Of a DNA stretch of 64,000 bases, positions 38,885 through 51,151 are shown piece by piece. Numbering within the stretch: position 1 is the first letter of the stretch; the number at the start of each line of letters is the position of its first letter. The stretch spans positions 186,001-250,000 of the forward strand of contig JAQGDQ010000226.1 of the NCBI GenBank assembly GCA_030141605.1, in the 5' to 3' direction. Under the pieces are notes generated by a model, which was not told the origin of the DNA, made no database searches, and saw nothing but the letters and a program-made list of their open reading frames with translations. This DNA is from Tubiluchus corallicola. Taxonomy: Eukaryota; Animalia; Priapulida. Position numbers and translations under genes: made by a program.

Positions 38885-39448
38885 CTACAAAAAACATATC
38901 ACATTGAAAACACTGGTTCTTGTCCGAAGTTAAGCAATGTAGAGCCTGGTTAGTACTTGGATGGGTGACCGCCTAGGAATGCCAAATGCTGTAGGCTTGC
39001 AGGATGCCCACACTCTATCTTGACACTAGGCAGGAGCTGCACAAGCAGCCGGCGGCTAGAGGGTGGAGTAGGTCAAACGACCCAATGGCCATGTGTAGAG
39101 GAGTAAACCTTCCAAATCAGGAGTGAACCCCGAAGACAGACCAGTGCAGCTTGCTCACTGACTCCGGCAGCTCCTGCAGCCAACCTGGTGCCAAACGTAT
39201 CGCTCCGCTTTCGTTTGGACTACACAGGGGGAAGGGAGGGGGTTCCTGTTGTCTGGGCAACTCAGGATCTCCATACACCTTGCCCAGGCGTGCGCCCTGG
39301 AGAGGACACTCCAGTGGTTCAAGGATCGGACTGCTCAGCCACAGTCGACGCTGCAGCTCCAATGTGATCAATAACTGACTCTCTTAGCGCACACTCCATT
39401 GTCTTCTGAGACAGATGGATGCCAACAACAATAATAATAATAATAATA
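38885..39448 (+). mobile_element. 5S rRNA-derived SINE (SINE3): degenerate 5S head (about 38885-38998), GC-rich body, (AAC/AAT)n tail
   Basis: CATATCACATTGAAAACACTGGTTCTTGTCCGAAGTTAAGCAATGTAGAGCCTGGTTAGTACTTGGATGGGTGACCGCCTAGGAATGCCAAATGCTGTAGGCTT matches metazoan 5S rRNA with a 7-nt deletion. No oligo-T terminator; body of about 420 bp ends GATGGATGCC(AAC)n(AAT)n; (AAT)n also lies upstream. Confidence 0.85.
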
Positions 39449-39976
39449 GTGTTCAGTGAAATGTTTGCAGTAGATCGTATTTGACCTGCTTATTCTAATC
39501 AAATGTGAAAAGTGTCAACTAAGTTTGCACAGGTGTGTTAATATACACATTACAGGTGTCTGACAGTTGAAGTGCCATAGTAAGCATTCGTGGAGCATTT
39601 CATTTTTGTATTGGACATTTGTTTCACACGTGTGCATAGTGCTTATAAGATTTCTGTGATTAGAATCTTTATTATCACCAGTGTAGTGTTCTTTGATTTA
39701 AATGACCTTTGAACTGCAACTGAGTCCAAAAAAAGAAATACTAACAGCGTGTTCCCATGTTACATTTTTGGAATTTGTCCTTAGAAACACCGACTGACTA
39801 ACATCAATACTCACTAAAATGAAATAAGAAGTTGATAAGCTATTGTTTTTACAGCTTCTGTGATGGCTTAAAGTTATAGTAGACATTACCAATAAAAGTG
39901 CACAGTGCCTTTTTAAGTTGTTACTCAAGACGTAAACCTGCCGTGTACTTGAATAAAATGTCATTTTCCTCTGATA

Positions 39977-40870
39977 ATGAACGTAACGGAAAGAGGGACC
40001 AGTTTCTTTGTTGAGCCTACGATCGTGGTGGCATTCCTGATATTTGTATTAGCGGGCATTTTTATAATTACAGGAAACTTATTAGTTCTGATTGCAATTT
40101 GTAAAATTTCTCGTTTGCAAACTAAAACAAATGCTCTTATTGCGTCGCTTGCGGTAACTGATTTACTTGTTGGTTTATGTGCACCAGTAGAATTGACAGC
40201 TTTGCTGCGTCCAGCTATGAAATCAAATTTAGTGTTTATAGTTGTGCAGCACACGTTTGAAATTGGAATGGCAAATGCAAGTATTTTTCACCTGTGTCTA
40301 ATAGCAGCTGAGAGATATGTGGCTGTTGTTCATCCATTCAAGTATCACACCGTCGTGAGGAAAGAAACCATTGTTGCAGCACTTTGCATTGTTTGGGCTT
40401 CTGCGCTTACTCAAACTGTCATTACTGTTATCGCAATTGTTTTCAAAGTTCAGATTTTGTTTATTGTTGATGCTATTTTAGCATTTTATGTACCAGTGGT
40501 TATGATTTTTGTACTCTATACCCTTGTTTGGAAAATGGCAAGAAGACACGTCTTACAAATACACAGTCAAGGTCAAGGAAGCCAAAAAAATATTATGCAA
40601 ATGAAAGCAACAAAAACTCTAGCCATTGTTACCTTTGCTTTTCTGGTATGTTGGGGTCCATCGTATATGTACGTCACATTATGTTATTTATTGCGTTATA
40701 ATGAAGAATATGAAATATATTTTTATTTACTTGCACTTGGATTTACAAACAGTGCCATTAATCCCGTCATCTATGCGTTTTGCAGCACTGACTTTAAAAT
40801 GGCTTTCAAGAAAATTTTGCTTCCACATAAATTGCCAAGAGATTGCCCAGCGATTGAGCAACATTCTTAA
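39977..40870 (+). CDS. Intronless class-A GPCR (amine/TAAR/adenosine-receptor-like), copy 1, intact, 297 aa
   Basis: GNxxV (TM1), SLAVTD (TM2), ERY, CWGP, NSAINPVIY and helix-8 DFKMAFKK; seven hydrophobic segments. Confidence 0.92.
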   Translation: MNVTERGTSFFVEPTIVVAFLIFVLAGIFIITGNLLVLIAICKISRLQTKTNALIASLAVTDLLVGLCAPVELTALLRPAMKSNLVFIVVQHTFEIGMANASIFHLCLIAAERYVAVVHPFKYHTVVRKETIVAALCIVWASALTQTVITVIAIVFKVQILFIVDAILAFYVPVVMIFVLYTLVWKMARRHVLQIHSQGQGSQKNIMQMKATKTLAIVTFAFLVCWGPSYMYVTLCYLLRYNEEYEIYFYLLALGFTNSAINPVIYAFCSTDFKMAFKKILLPHKLPRDCPAIEQHS

Positions 40871-41716
40871 GACACGCCATACACATATTTTTGATGTAGA
40901 GAATGCAACTGAACAAAGTTTTTGGCACGGAGCATACAATTTTTTTTTCAATTCAATAGATTTATTTCGCAATAAACATATACATATGCATTACATGTGC
41001 ATCGATGATCAGTTTTTGTTAATACAAAATTATGATACTATTCATGAATTTTGCGCTAGAGACCTAAGAAGTTAGCTTATGCTAGGCCACTAGTATTAGT
41101 TACGAGAAAAGTTACAATATATTACTAATGGTTAGTGTGAGTTACAGTGGGCATTAGTACATTTTCATAATTATGATGTAAACTGATGGTCGGTACAGAG
41201 AAATGATAAATGTTTTAACACATTCGCTAAGCATTTGTGGAGGAGGCAACACTTGATTAGACTATATGGAGGTGCGCATTGCAGATATATATATATGGGT
41301 GGGAAGTAATAACTATATTATTATACTAGAGGTGAAGTTTTTGAAAATGAAAAACAACAAATCATGACTGAGTGATCAGTTATATGTTTCAAGTAAGTTT
41401 AATTTATAATTTTTTTTAAATATGGACAGTGAGTTGGCATTTTTAGTACAATAATTGAAATTGAGCATATAGTCGGGTAATAAACTTGAAATGGAGACGA
41501 TAACTGTGTAATGTTTTTGTGTTGGAGCTTTCAACGGTGACATGCTGGAAATGAAGGATACAGTTGAGCAGTATTTTTAAAATCAGGTACACACTAAGCA
41601 GTTTATTCCATTCCGGCTCACGATGTGCGATTATGGAATAAACAATGGTTGGCAGAGTGTATTGATATAAGATATGTTTCTTTTACTCAATAGGTATAAG
41701 GCCAGTGTTGTTACTA

Positions 41717-42319
41717 CAGTGTTCCCTCACTTATCGCGGGTGTTCCGTTCCAGGCCCACCCGCGATAAGCGAATTTCCGCGAAGTAGGGACGCTATACTT
41801 ATTTTAGTAGTTATGCATTATTTTAAGTTTTTATAAACCCTCCCCACATTCTTATACATAACCCTTTCCCATTCCCTTAATAACTTTTCCCATACTGTAC
41901 ATGTACCTTTTAAAAAACTTTATTTAAATGTTCGTAATTGTGTACAATCTCACGTCGGCAAGTAGCATCTCAAGCGGGTGCAAGTACTACATTCATTTTT
42001 GGTGTGTATTCATCCGCCGAATAAATACACTATTCACCGTAAATGGTAATTTTTTATGATTCATAATATTCTTTTAATGTTAGAATTAATATTTTTAATA
42101 TATCTTTATACATTTTCTGATTTCTTATGCAAAATTCATCAAATCTATACATTACTGTACAATACGCATTACGCATGTGCAAAAATACTTTAGACGAAGT
42201 ACCGTAAATCCCACGAAACAGCGAAAATACCGAGATAAATCTTTTACATTAATATTTTTGAAAACCTGCGAAACAGTGAGTACGCAATAAACAAACCACG
42301 AAGTAGCGAGGGAACATTG
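41717..42319 (-). mobile_element. pogo/Tigger-like MITE, copy 2 (longer)
   Basis: TA-CAGTGTTCCCTCACTTATCGCGG ... GTAGCGAGGGAACATTG-TA; homologous to 32688-33136 with about 150 bp extra. Confidence 0.85.
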
Positions 42320-42840
42320 TATTGCACCCTTAAACTTCACAGTAGATGGCGGGACATATGTTATAACTCATGTATTTCACAAATCTTTCAGACTTACTTA
42401 ACTCTGCAGGCCTATGTGTAATGATTCATATATATTTATATTAATTTGTTTATTAGTTTTCTCTTTTAGGTAATCCTCATTTACCTTTTACCATTTACTG
42501 TGTGCAACTAATCTTATGAATACTTTTTTGTGTCTGAAAAAATTGTTTTGAATTAAATTCAAACTTAGTTTACATAGGTGTGGTAATGTTTATTGTATGT
42601 ATTTATGAAGTATATCTAGCCAGCCGGAAATCAGATGTCATACACTTGCAGTTTAAGCTAGAGCAAATTTATGGCTGCCGTCTAACAATACATGCTGCAC
42701 TTGCCTAATTGCTGAAATGCTTTCGTGAATCAAAGTAAACTTGCATAGTAACGGGTATTTGTTCTGCAAGTGTACTTTGTGGCAATAAAATCCCTATGAA
42801 TAGAAATGTTATCATTCTAGCTGTTGTGCTTTTTAATATA

Positions 42841-43095
42841 AATGACATTATACTGCATCATTGTGAGAATGAATGACATTATACTGCATCATTGTGAGAA
42901 TGAATGACATTATACTGCATCATTGTGAGAATGAATGACATTATACTGCATCATTGTGAGAATGAATGACATTATACTGCATCATTGTGAGAATGAATGA
43001 CATTATACTGCATCATTGTGAGAATGAAAGACATTATACTGTATCATTGTGAGAATGAATGACATTATGTATACTGTATGATTGTGAAAATGATC
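42841..43095. repeat. 31-bp tandem repeat, about 8 copies, in a GPCR 5' flank
   Basis: Unit AATGACATTATACTGCATCATTGTGAGAATG; single copy in the homologous flank near 53985. Confidence 0.92.
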
Positions 43096-43249
43096 ATACG
43101 TAGTTTACTTGTATTTCTGACAGTGATTTCTTTGTAAATGCGTTTTCAGATTTTCGATTGCAGTGAAAATATGACACGGACATTTACGAATGCAAATGCT
43201 CTACTTTTGCAAACCTTTCGAACGTTTTTCGAAATGAGATGTTCTGAAC

Positions 43250-43440
43250 ATGAATACATCTTCGTTTCCATTTGATTTTGCTACTATGAACACAACAGAA
43301 CATGCGGTTACATTTTTACCAAACTCTGTGATTTCCATAAAAGTTCTGCTGCTAATACTACTAAGTAGTACTATAATAGCTGGAAACTTATTAGTTCTGA
43401 TTGCAGTTTGTAAGATTCCTCGTTTGCAAACTAAAACAAT
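43250..43440 (+). pseudogene. GPCR copy 2: N-terminus, TM1 and ICL1 only
   Basis: MNTSSF..GNLLVLIAVCKIPRLQTKT, then switches at AACAA to the 5'-flank sequence (TACATATTGGTC) that precedes other copies. Confidence 0.85.
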
Positions 43441-43534
43441 ACATATTGGTCTTGCCTAATAGCTAAAATGTTTTCGTGATCCAAAGTAAATTTGCAAAGT
43501 AAAGTGCATTTGTTCTACTGGTGTGCTTTGTGTC

Positions 43535-43541
43535 TATAAAA
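43535..43541 (+). promoter_or_regulatory. Candidate TATA box conserved in GPCR 5' flanks (also near 47795, 53936, 56592, 60425)
   Basis: GTGTCTATAAAA at the same position of five duplicated flanks, about 140 bp before the MNMNTSSF ATG (further in copy 9). Confidence 0.4.
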
Positions 43542-43677
43542 CTCCATGGCTAGAAACATTATCATTGTGGCTTGTTAATATAAATAACATTATATTGGAT
43601 CTTTCATGACAGGTGTGTTTATCAATGAAAATGCTCTGCTGTTGCAAACCTTTCTGACTTTTTTCGAATGCGATGCT

Positions 43678-44583
43678 ATGAACATGAATACGTCTTCGTT
43701 TTTGGTTGATTTTGCTACCACGAACACAACAGAAAGTGGGGTTACATTTCTGGCAAAGTCTGTGATTTCAATAAAAGTTCTGCTGCTAATACTATTAGGT
43801 ATTGCTATAATAGCTGGAAACTTATTAGTGCTTATTGCAGTTTGTAAGTTTCCCCGTTTACAAACTAAAACAAATGTTCTTGTTGCGTCTCTTGCTGTAA
43901 CTGATTTACTTGTTGGTGTAGTAACACCAGCAGAAGTGACCAGAGTGTTGTATCCAGCTGTGTTGTCAAACCAAGTGTTTGTATTGGTGCTGTACATATT
44001 TGAAGTTGGAATGGTGAATGCGAGTGCATTACACTTGTGTCTGATAGCAGCTGAAAGATATGTGGCTGTTGTTCATCCATTTAAGTATCACACCATCGTG
44101 AGGAAAGAAATCATTGTTGCCGCACTTTCGATTACTTGGATTGTTGCTTTAACTGTGGCAGCGCTTTGTATTATTTTCACGTTCATTTTCTATAATCGTC
44201 TTCTGTTAGTCGTTGGTGCCATTTTAGCATTTTATTTACCAGTGTTTACGATTATTGTACTGTATGTCCTTGTTTGGAGAACTGCAAGAAGGCACGTCTT
44301 GCAGATACACAGTCAATGTCAAGGAAGCCAGGCTAACGTGATGCAAATGAAAGCAACAAAAACTTTAGCCATTGTTACCTTTGCTTTTCTGGTATGTTGG
44401 GGTCCCTATTCTCTGTATCAGACAGTTTGTTATATATTGTCTTACGAAGAGAAAAATGAAATACATGAGTTTTTATATGTATTTGGATTTATCAACAGTG
44501 CCTTTAATCCAATCGTGTATGCACTGTCTAGCACTGATTTTAGATGGGCTTTCAAAAAAATGTTGCTTTCACGTGAATTGTAA
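43678..44583 (+). CDS. Intronless class-A GPCR, copy 3, intact (ORF open from 43606; conserved start MNMNTSSF)
   Basis: Full 7TM with ERY, CWGP, NPIVY; N-glycosylation sequons NTS/NTT at the N-terminus. Confidence 0.92.
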   Translation: MNMNTSSFLVDFATTNTTESGVTFLAKSVISIKVLLLILLGIAIIAGNLLVLIAVCKFPRLQTKTNVLVASLAVTDLLVGVVTPAEVTRVLYPAVLSNQVFVLVLYIFEVGMVNASALHLCLIAAERYVAVVHPFKYHTIVRKEIIVAALSITWIVALTVAALCIIFTFIFYNRLLLVVGAILAFYLPVFTIIVLYVLVWRTARRHVLQIHSQCQGSQANVMQMKATKTLAIVTFAFLVCWGPYSLYQTVCYILSYEEKNEIHEFLYVFGFINSAFNPIVYALSSTDFRWAFKKMLLSREL

Positions 44584-45294
44584 AACTTAATGCGAAAAAC
44601 TTTCACGTGAATTGCTTTCACTTAATGATAACTGCATTAATAGCATGAAACTGAGAAACTGCACAAGTGAGCAAAATTCTTCAAATAGAGCACACAATTG
44701 ACCAAGTTTTTTGAAGCGAATATCCAAGTAATGTTCCAAAGATGTGCTACAAAATTGGGCAACATTTTATATGTAATAGATCGTCAGATTAATGAGCTTG
44801 ATATAATGAAGCAGCAAATAGTTTACACACACTTAGCAACATATTTAAGTTGAGCAAACAATGTCCAATTATAATAGTCTAAGGTTATAGTGTTGTATGC
44901 ATGTTTACTAAAACATTATTCCGGCTCAGCATATCAACAGAACTAATCTTCCATGTTGCACAGTAGTTGCGTTACATCATTCTGCATGTGCACTTAGCAT
45001 TTATAAAGAGGTTTGTTATCATAGCTATTATGCTTTTTAATGTGTATAACATTATGCTGTATCAATATTGTGTGAGAATGACCATTTTATTTTTTATATA
45101 TGTTGTGTTTGTTTCTGGCAACCTTGCAGATGCTACCATGCATGGCCATTTTCAGATTTGCTATAGCTGGCTTTGTAGTGACAAGTAACATAAACAGTCG
45201 CGGTTGGTAACTTGTTCTGTTTTAGTAGTAAAAATTTGTAGTTCTCTATACTTGCTTGAAGGTCTGACTTTGACACCTAAAAAGTTCTCTGATC

Positions 45295-45989
45295 ATGAAC
45301 TCGACTTACTTGTTGGTTTATCAGTGCCAGTAGCGATTACTGCATTGTTGTATCCGGTTCTGAAATCAAATGCAGTATTTGTAGCAGTGCATTCCATATT
45401 TGAATCGGGATTGATATATGCAAGCACATTTCACCTGTGTCTGATAGTAACTGAAAGATGCATAGCTGTTATTCATCCATTCCTGTATCACAGCATCATG
45501 AGAAAAGAAACCATTGTTGCTGCACTTTGCATTACACGGATTGTTACTTTCATTGAGGCAGTTATTACTGATATCATCAGAATCATCTTCAAAGCACGGA
45601 GTCTTTTGATTCTTGATGATATTTTAGCATTTTATTTACCAATGTTCATGATTTTTGTACTGTATGTCCTAATATGGAAAACTGCAAGAAGTCACGTTTT
45701 ACAGATACACAGTCAGTATCAGGGCAGCCAGGCCAACGTGATGCAAATGAAAGCAACAAAAACTTTAGCAATTGTTACTGTTGCTTTCCTAGCATGTTGG
45801 GGACCTGAGTATGTGTATGAGACGTTTATTTACATATTTTCTTACAAAAAGACACGTAATAAAACCGTATTAACTGTCATATTTGCACTTGGATTAGTCA
45901 ACAGTACTTTTAATCCAATGATATATGCATTTTCTAAGACTGACTTTAAATGGCTTTCAAGGAAATTTTGTTTTGACAAACAGTATTAG
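45295..45989 (+). pseudogene. GPCR copy 4 (type B): 211-bp deletion removing TM1 and part of TM2, plus C-terminal frameshift
   Basis: ATGAACTCGACTT joined directly to ACTTGTTGG (compare intact 5' end at 49564-49790); ERY changed to ERC; DFKWLSRK frameshifted tail. Confidence 0.85.
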
Positions 45990-46594
45990 AAAATTGCATT
46001 AATCACATGCAGCTAACATAGAACGTACGGGTAACCAACAAGGAATAGATAATCGAACATGTTCTTGAGGCAAGTGGTTAATATATGTGCTTAGCAACCA
46101 TTTAAGCAATCTGTTGAGGCTGTCAGTAGATTAATGGTGACTACTTTCGATACCCTAACCCTTAGTCGTTTCATTTTGATCTTTCACTGTCCAAAATCAT
46201 GTAATAAGCTACTAACAATATTAATTACAACACCATATTTAATAATAGTAAAAACTGACAGATTGATCAATGCCTAACAGATGCAAAAAATTAAATTTTA
46301 TCAACTGTGAAGTAATGTCAAAATGCAGACGGTAAATTTCACAATTTGTGTATATAATGGTAATTATGAGGTTTTGCACAATCTACATTGAAACAATAAT
46401 GGTTTTTGTATCTATATTATATACTGTGTGCGCTATTGTATCTGCTCTTGTTGTATAGATAGTGGTATAATATATTGATAGTGAGCGTGTTATTACAATT
46501 GGTTTTTGTATCGTGTTCAATGAAATGCTTGCAGTAGGTAATGTTTTACCTGCCAATTCTGATCAGAAATGAAAAGAAATTAAATGAAATTTTC

Positions 46595-46930
46595 ACAGGT
46601 GTGATAATACATACAGATTTCAGACACCTAACTGTTGAAGTGCTAAACTAGCCATTGGACATTAGTTTCACAGGTATGATAATATGTACACATTTCAGAC
46701 ACCTAACTGTTGAAGTGCTAAAGTAGTCATTGGACAGTAGTTTCATAGGTGTGGTAATACATACACATTTCAGACACCTAACTGCTGAAGTGCTAAAGTA
46801 GTCAAGGAACAGTAATTTCACAGGCGTGATAATATGTACACATTACTAGCATCTAACTGTCGAAGTGCCAAAGTACTCTTTCACGTGGCACTTCATGTTT
46901 GCAATGAACAATTGTTTCACAGGTGTGCAT
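46595..46930. repeat. 75-bp tandem repeat block (about 4-5 units) upstream of GPCR copy 5
   Basis: Unit GTTTCACAGGTGTGGTAATA..TACACATTTCAGACACCTAACTGTTGAAGTGCTAAAGTAGTCATTGGACA.TA. Confidence 0.9.
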
Positions 46931-47089
46931 AGTGTTTATAAGAGGCTGTTTCACTAGTTGAGTCAACAAGCATGCTTCTGTCTTTGCAGCCATCAAAAGA
47001 AATGTCATTAATTTTATTTGTTGTGACACAATAAACACAGTCATGTATGAGACTTAATCAGACTTTTCAATCATCGGGACAATATTAGT

Positions 47090-47585
47090 TTGAAACGAAT
47101 TTACCATGTTTGGTGATTTTGTAACATTTGTCGTATGTGACTTCTTATTCTTAATGAATTTAGAATCGCATATAGCAATTGTATGAGGAAATCGTTTTCA
47201 CTATCTTACCAGTGCAAAGGAAATGTCGGGAGATTTTGCTGTTCCTGATTTTGATGTGTTACTAAGAAAATGTTCATTTTCCGTAAAATCATGTCTTGAA
47301 ACATGATAACACCTGTCCGAGATGCTTCAGGCTATCTGATGTATGTTGTACTTGTAAATTTCACAGCAGCAGGAGATATGTTATGACTCATGTATGTCAC
47401 AAATCTCTCAGACTTACATCTACAGGCCTATGTGTAATCTTTATCTGTGTACATAATTTTTTAATCTATTAATCTTATAATTGGTTTTAGCCACTAACTC
47501 TCATTTATCTTTTATCATTTGCTGTGTCCAACTAACGTTATGGACATTTTCATGTGTGAAATAAAATTGAAATTTAATTCAAAAC
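47090..47585 (+). mobile_element. 3' fragment of a LINE; shorter remnants occur in other GPCR 5' flanks
   Basis: Translates as LNEFRIAYSNCMRK..SAKEM..VPDFDVLLRKC, resembling the ORF2 C-terminus of the element at 4535-5590; ends in an AATAAAATTGAAATTT-type tail. Confidence 0.55.
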
Positions 47586-47937
47586 TTATGTAGGTGTGGT
47601 AATGTTTATTGTATGCATCTACGAAGTCATCCAGCCAGAAATCAGATGTCATACACCTACTCTCTAAGCTAGAGAAAATTTATGGCTACCGTCTAACAAT
47701 ACATATTGGTCTTGCCTAATAGCTAAAATGTTTTCGTGATCCAAAGTAAATTTGCAAAGTAAAGTGCATTTGTTCTACTGGTGTGCTTTGTGTCTATAAA
47801 ACTCCATGGCTAGAAACATTATCATTGTGGCTTGTTAATATAAATAACATTATATTGGATCTTTCGTGACAGGTGTGTTTATCAATGAAAATGCTCTGCT
47901 GTTGCAAACCTTTCTGACTTTTTTCGAATGCGATGCT

Positions 47938-48843
47938 ATGAACATGAATACGTCTTCGTTTTTGGTTGATTTTGCTACCACGAACACAACAGAAAGTGGG
48001 GTTACATTTCTGGCAAAGTCTGTGATTTCAATAAAAGTTCTGCTGCTAATACTATTAGGTATTGCTATAATAGCTGGAAACTTATTAGTGCTTATTGCAG
48101 TTTGTAAGTTTCCCCGTTTACAAACTAAAACAAATGTTCTTGTTGCGTCTCTTGCTGTAACTGATTTACCTGTTGGTTTATTAACACCAGCAGAAGTGAT
48201 CACAGTGTTGTATCCATCTGTGTTGTCAAACCAAGTGTTTTTATTGGTGCTGTACATATTTGAAGTTGGAATGGTGAATACAAGTGCATTAAACTTGTGT
48301 CTGATAGCAGCTGAAAGATATGTGGCTGTTGTTCATCCATTCAAGTATCACACCATCGTGAGAAAAGAAACCATTGTTGCTGCACTTTGTATTTCTTGGA
48401 CTTTTGCTGTAACTGAGGCAGTTATTTATGTTATTTTCGTATACATTATGAATGCACAAAGTCTATTAATCGTTGATGCTACTGTAACATTTTATTTACC
48501 AGTGCTAACGATTCTTGTGCTCTATGCCCTAATTTGGAAAACTGCAAGAAGGCACGTCTTACAGATACATAGTCAAATTCAAGGAAGCCAGGCAAATGTG
48601 ATGCAGATGAAAGCAACAAAAACTTTAGCCATCGTTACATTTGCTTTTCTGATATGTTGGGGTCCCATTTCTCTGTATCAGACAGTTTGTTATATATTGC
48701 CTTATGAAGAGAATCATGAAATAAACCAAGTTTTATATTTATTTGGATTTATCAACAGTGCCATTAATCCAATCGTGTATGCACTGTCTAGCACTGATTT
48801 TAGATGGGCTTTCAAAAAAATTGTGCTTTCTCGTGAATTGTAA
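47938..48843 (+). CDS. Intronless class-A GPCR, copy 5, intact
   Basis: Full 7TM; 5' part identical to copy 3; TM2 reads TDLPVG. Confidence 0.9.
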   Translation: MNMNTSSFLVDFATTNTTESGVTFLAKSVISIKVLLLILLGIAIIAGNLLVLIAVCKFPRLQTKTNVLVASLAVTDLPVGLLTPAEVITVLYPSVLSNQVFLLVLYIFEVGMVNTSALNLCLIAAERYVAVVHPFKYHTIVRKETIVAALCISWTFAVTEAVIYVIFVYIMNAQSLLIVDATVTFYLPVLTILVLYALIWKTARRHVLQIHSQIQGSQANVMQMKATKTLAIVTFAFLICWGPISLYQTVCYILPYEENHEINQVLYLFGFINSAINPIVYALSSTDFRWAFKKIVLSREL

Positions 48844-49563
48844 AACTTAATGCGAAAAACTTTCACGTGAATTGCTTTCATTTAATGATAACTGCATTAA
48901 TAGCATGAAACTGAGAAACCGCACAAGTGAGCAAAATTCTTCAAATAGGGCACACAATTGACCAAGTTTTTTGAAGCCAACATCCAAGTAATGTTCCAAA
49001 GATGTGCTACAAAATTGAGCAACATTTTTATGTGTAATAGATCGTCAGATTAATGAGTTTGATATAATGAAGCAGCCAAATAGTTTACACACACTTAGCA
49101 ACATATTTAAGTTGAGCACACAATGTCCAATTATAATAGTCTAAGGTTATAGTGTTGAATGCTTGTTTACTGAAACATTATTCCGGCTCGGCATATCAAC
49201 AGAACTAATCTTCCATGTTGCACAGTAGTTGTGTTACATCATTCTGCATGTGCACTTAGCATTTATAAAGAGGTTTGTTATCATAGCTATTATGCTTTTT
49301 AATGTATATAAAATTATGCTGTATCAATACTGCGTGAGAATGACCATTTTATTGTTTATATATGTTGTGTTTGTTTCTGGCAACCTTGCAGATGCTACCA
49401 TGCATGGCCATTTTCAGATTTGCTATAGCTGGCTTTGTAGTGACAAGTAACATAAACACTCGCGGTTGGTAACTTGTTCTGTTTTAGTAGTAAAAATTTG
49501 TAGTTCTCTATACTTGCTTGAAGGTCTGACTTTTATTGATGACACCTAAAAAGTTCTCTGATC

Positions 49564-50157
49564 ATGAACTCGACTTCGTTTTCGATTGATTTTACTGCTG
49601 TAAATTTAACGGAAGACGAGGCCACTTTTTTGGCCAAAAACGAGATAGTGATAAAAGCCTTGCTGTTCACGATTATGAGCATTGCTGTAACTGCAGGAAA
49701 TTTGTTAGTTCTGATGGCAGTTTATAAGATTTCTCGTTTGCAAACTAAAACAAATGCTCTCATTGCATCACTTGCAGTAACTGACTTACTTGTTGGTTTA
49801 TCAATGCCTGTAGAGATTACTGCATTGTTGTATCCGGTTCTGAAATCAAATGCAGTATTTGTAGTGGTGTAGCACATATTTGAATTGGGATTGTTATATG
49901 CAAGCACATTTCACCTGTGTCTGATAGCAGCTGAAAGATACATAGCTGTTGTTCATCCATTCAAGTATCACAGCATCGTGAGAAAAGAAGCCATTGTTGC
50001 TGCACTTTGCATTACATGGATTGTTGCTTTCATTGAGGCAGTTATTAATGACATCATCAGAATCATCTTCAAAGCGCAGAGTCTTTTGATTCTTGATGAT
50101 ATTTTAGCATTTTATTTACCAATGTTCTCGATTCTTGTACTGTATGTCTATGGCTAG
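49564..50157 (+). pseudogene. GPCR copy 6 (type B): TAG at 49870-49872, truncated after TM5
   Basis: ORFs 49564-49872 and 49885-50157 are in the same frame; sequence switches at about 50148 to the 5' flank (CTATGGCTAGAAAC) of the next copy. Confidence 0.88.
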
Positions 50158-50301
50158 AAACATTATTCTATGGCTAGAAACATTATCATTGTGGCTTTTT
50201 AATATAAATGACATTATATTGGATCTTTCATGACAGGTGTGTTTATCAATGAAAATGCTCAGCTTTTGCAAACCTTTCTGACTTTTTTCAAATGCGATGC
50301 T

Positions 50302-51151
50302 ATGAACATCAATACGTCTTCGTTTTTGGTTGATTTTGCTACCATGAACACAACTGAAAGTGGGGTTACACTATTAGCAAAGTCTGTGATTTCAATAAAA
50401 GTTCTGCTGCTAATACTATCTGGTATTGCTATAATAGCAGGAAACTTATTAGTTCTGATTGCAGTTTGTAAGATTCCTCATTTGCAAACTAAAACAAATG
50501 TTCTTGTTGCATCTCTTGCTGTAACTGATTTACTTGTTGGTTTACCAACACCAGCAGAAGTGACCAGAGTGTTGTATCCAGCTTTGTTGTCAAACCAAGT
50601 GTTTGTATCGGTGCTGAACATACTTTGACTTGGAATGGTGAATGCAAGTGCATTAAACTTGTGTCTGATAGCAGCTGAAAGATATGTGGCTGTTGTTCAT
50701 CCATTCAAGTATCACACCATTGTGAGAAAAGAAACCATTGTTGCCGCACTTTCCATTACTTGCCTTTTTGCTTTAACTGTGGCAGCACTTTGTGTTGTTT
50801 TCAGAATCATTGTCAATACACACGTTCTGTTAGTCGTTGATGCCACTTTAGCATTTTATTTACCAGTATTTACAATTCTTGTACTGTATGTCCTAATTTG
50901 GAGAACTGCAAGAAGGCACGTCTTACTGATACACAGTCCTGGTCAAGCAAGCCAGGTAAACGTGATGCAGATGAAAGCAACAAAAACTTTAGCCATTGTT
51001 ACCTATGCTTTTCTGGCATGTTGGGGTCCTTCGTATTTGTATAAGACATTTTGTTATATATTGTCTTATGAAGAGAAATACAAAACAGCACGTGTTCTGT
51101 ATGCACTTGGATTTACAAACAGCGCTGTCAACCCAGTTGTGGATGCTTTTC
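50302..51151 (+). pseudogene. GPCR copy 7: TGA at 50626-50628, fused in frame after TM7 to copy 8
   Basis: ATA CTT TGA CTT GGA versus ATA TTT GGA CTT GGA in copy 12; reads NSAVNPVVDAFP-AVTAGNLLV. Confidence 0.88.

Noticed and set aside
38885-38998. Functional 5S rRNA gene
   Set aside because: Degenerate 5' end, 7-nt internal deletion, no oligo-T terminator, and fused to a SINE-like body and tail.
43606-43677. Upstream starts of the GPCR ORFs (43606, 47866, 50230, 54122)
   Set aside because: Not conserved (ATG versus GTG; an in-frame stop lies upstream in copies 10 and 12); the MNMNTSSF ATG is shared.
44967-45294. Hydrophobic short ORFs in the GPCR 3' flanks (also 49229, 61859) and the N-terminus of ORF 45204
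   Set aside because: TTG-started, T-rich flank sequence that recurs only because the flank is duplicated.
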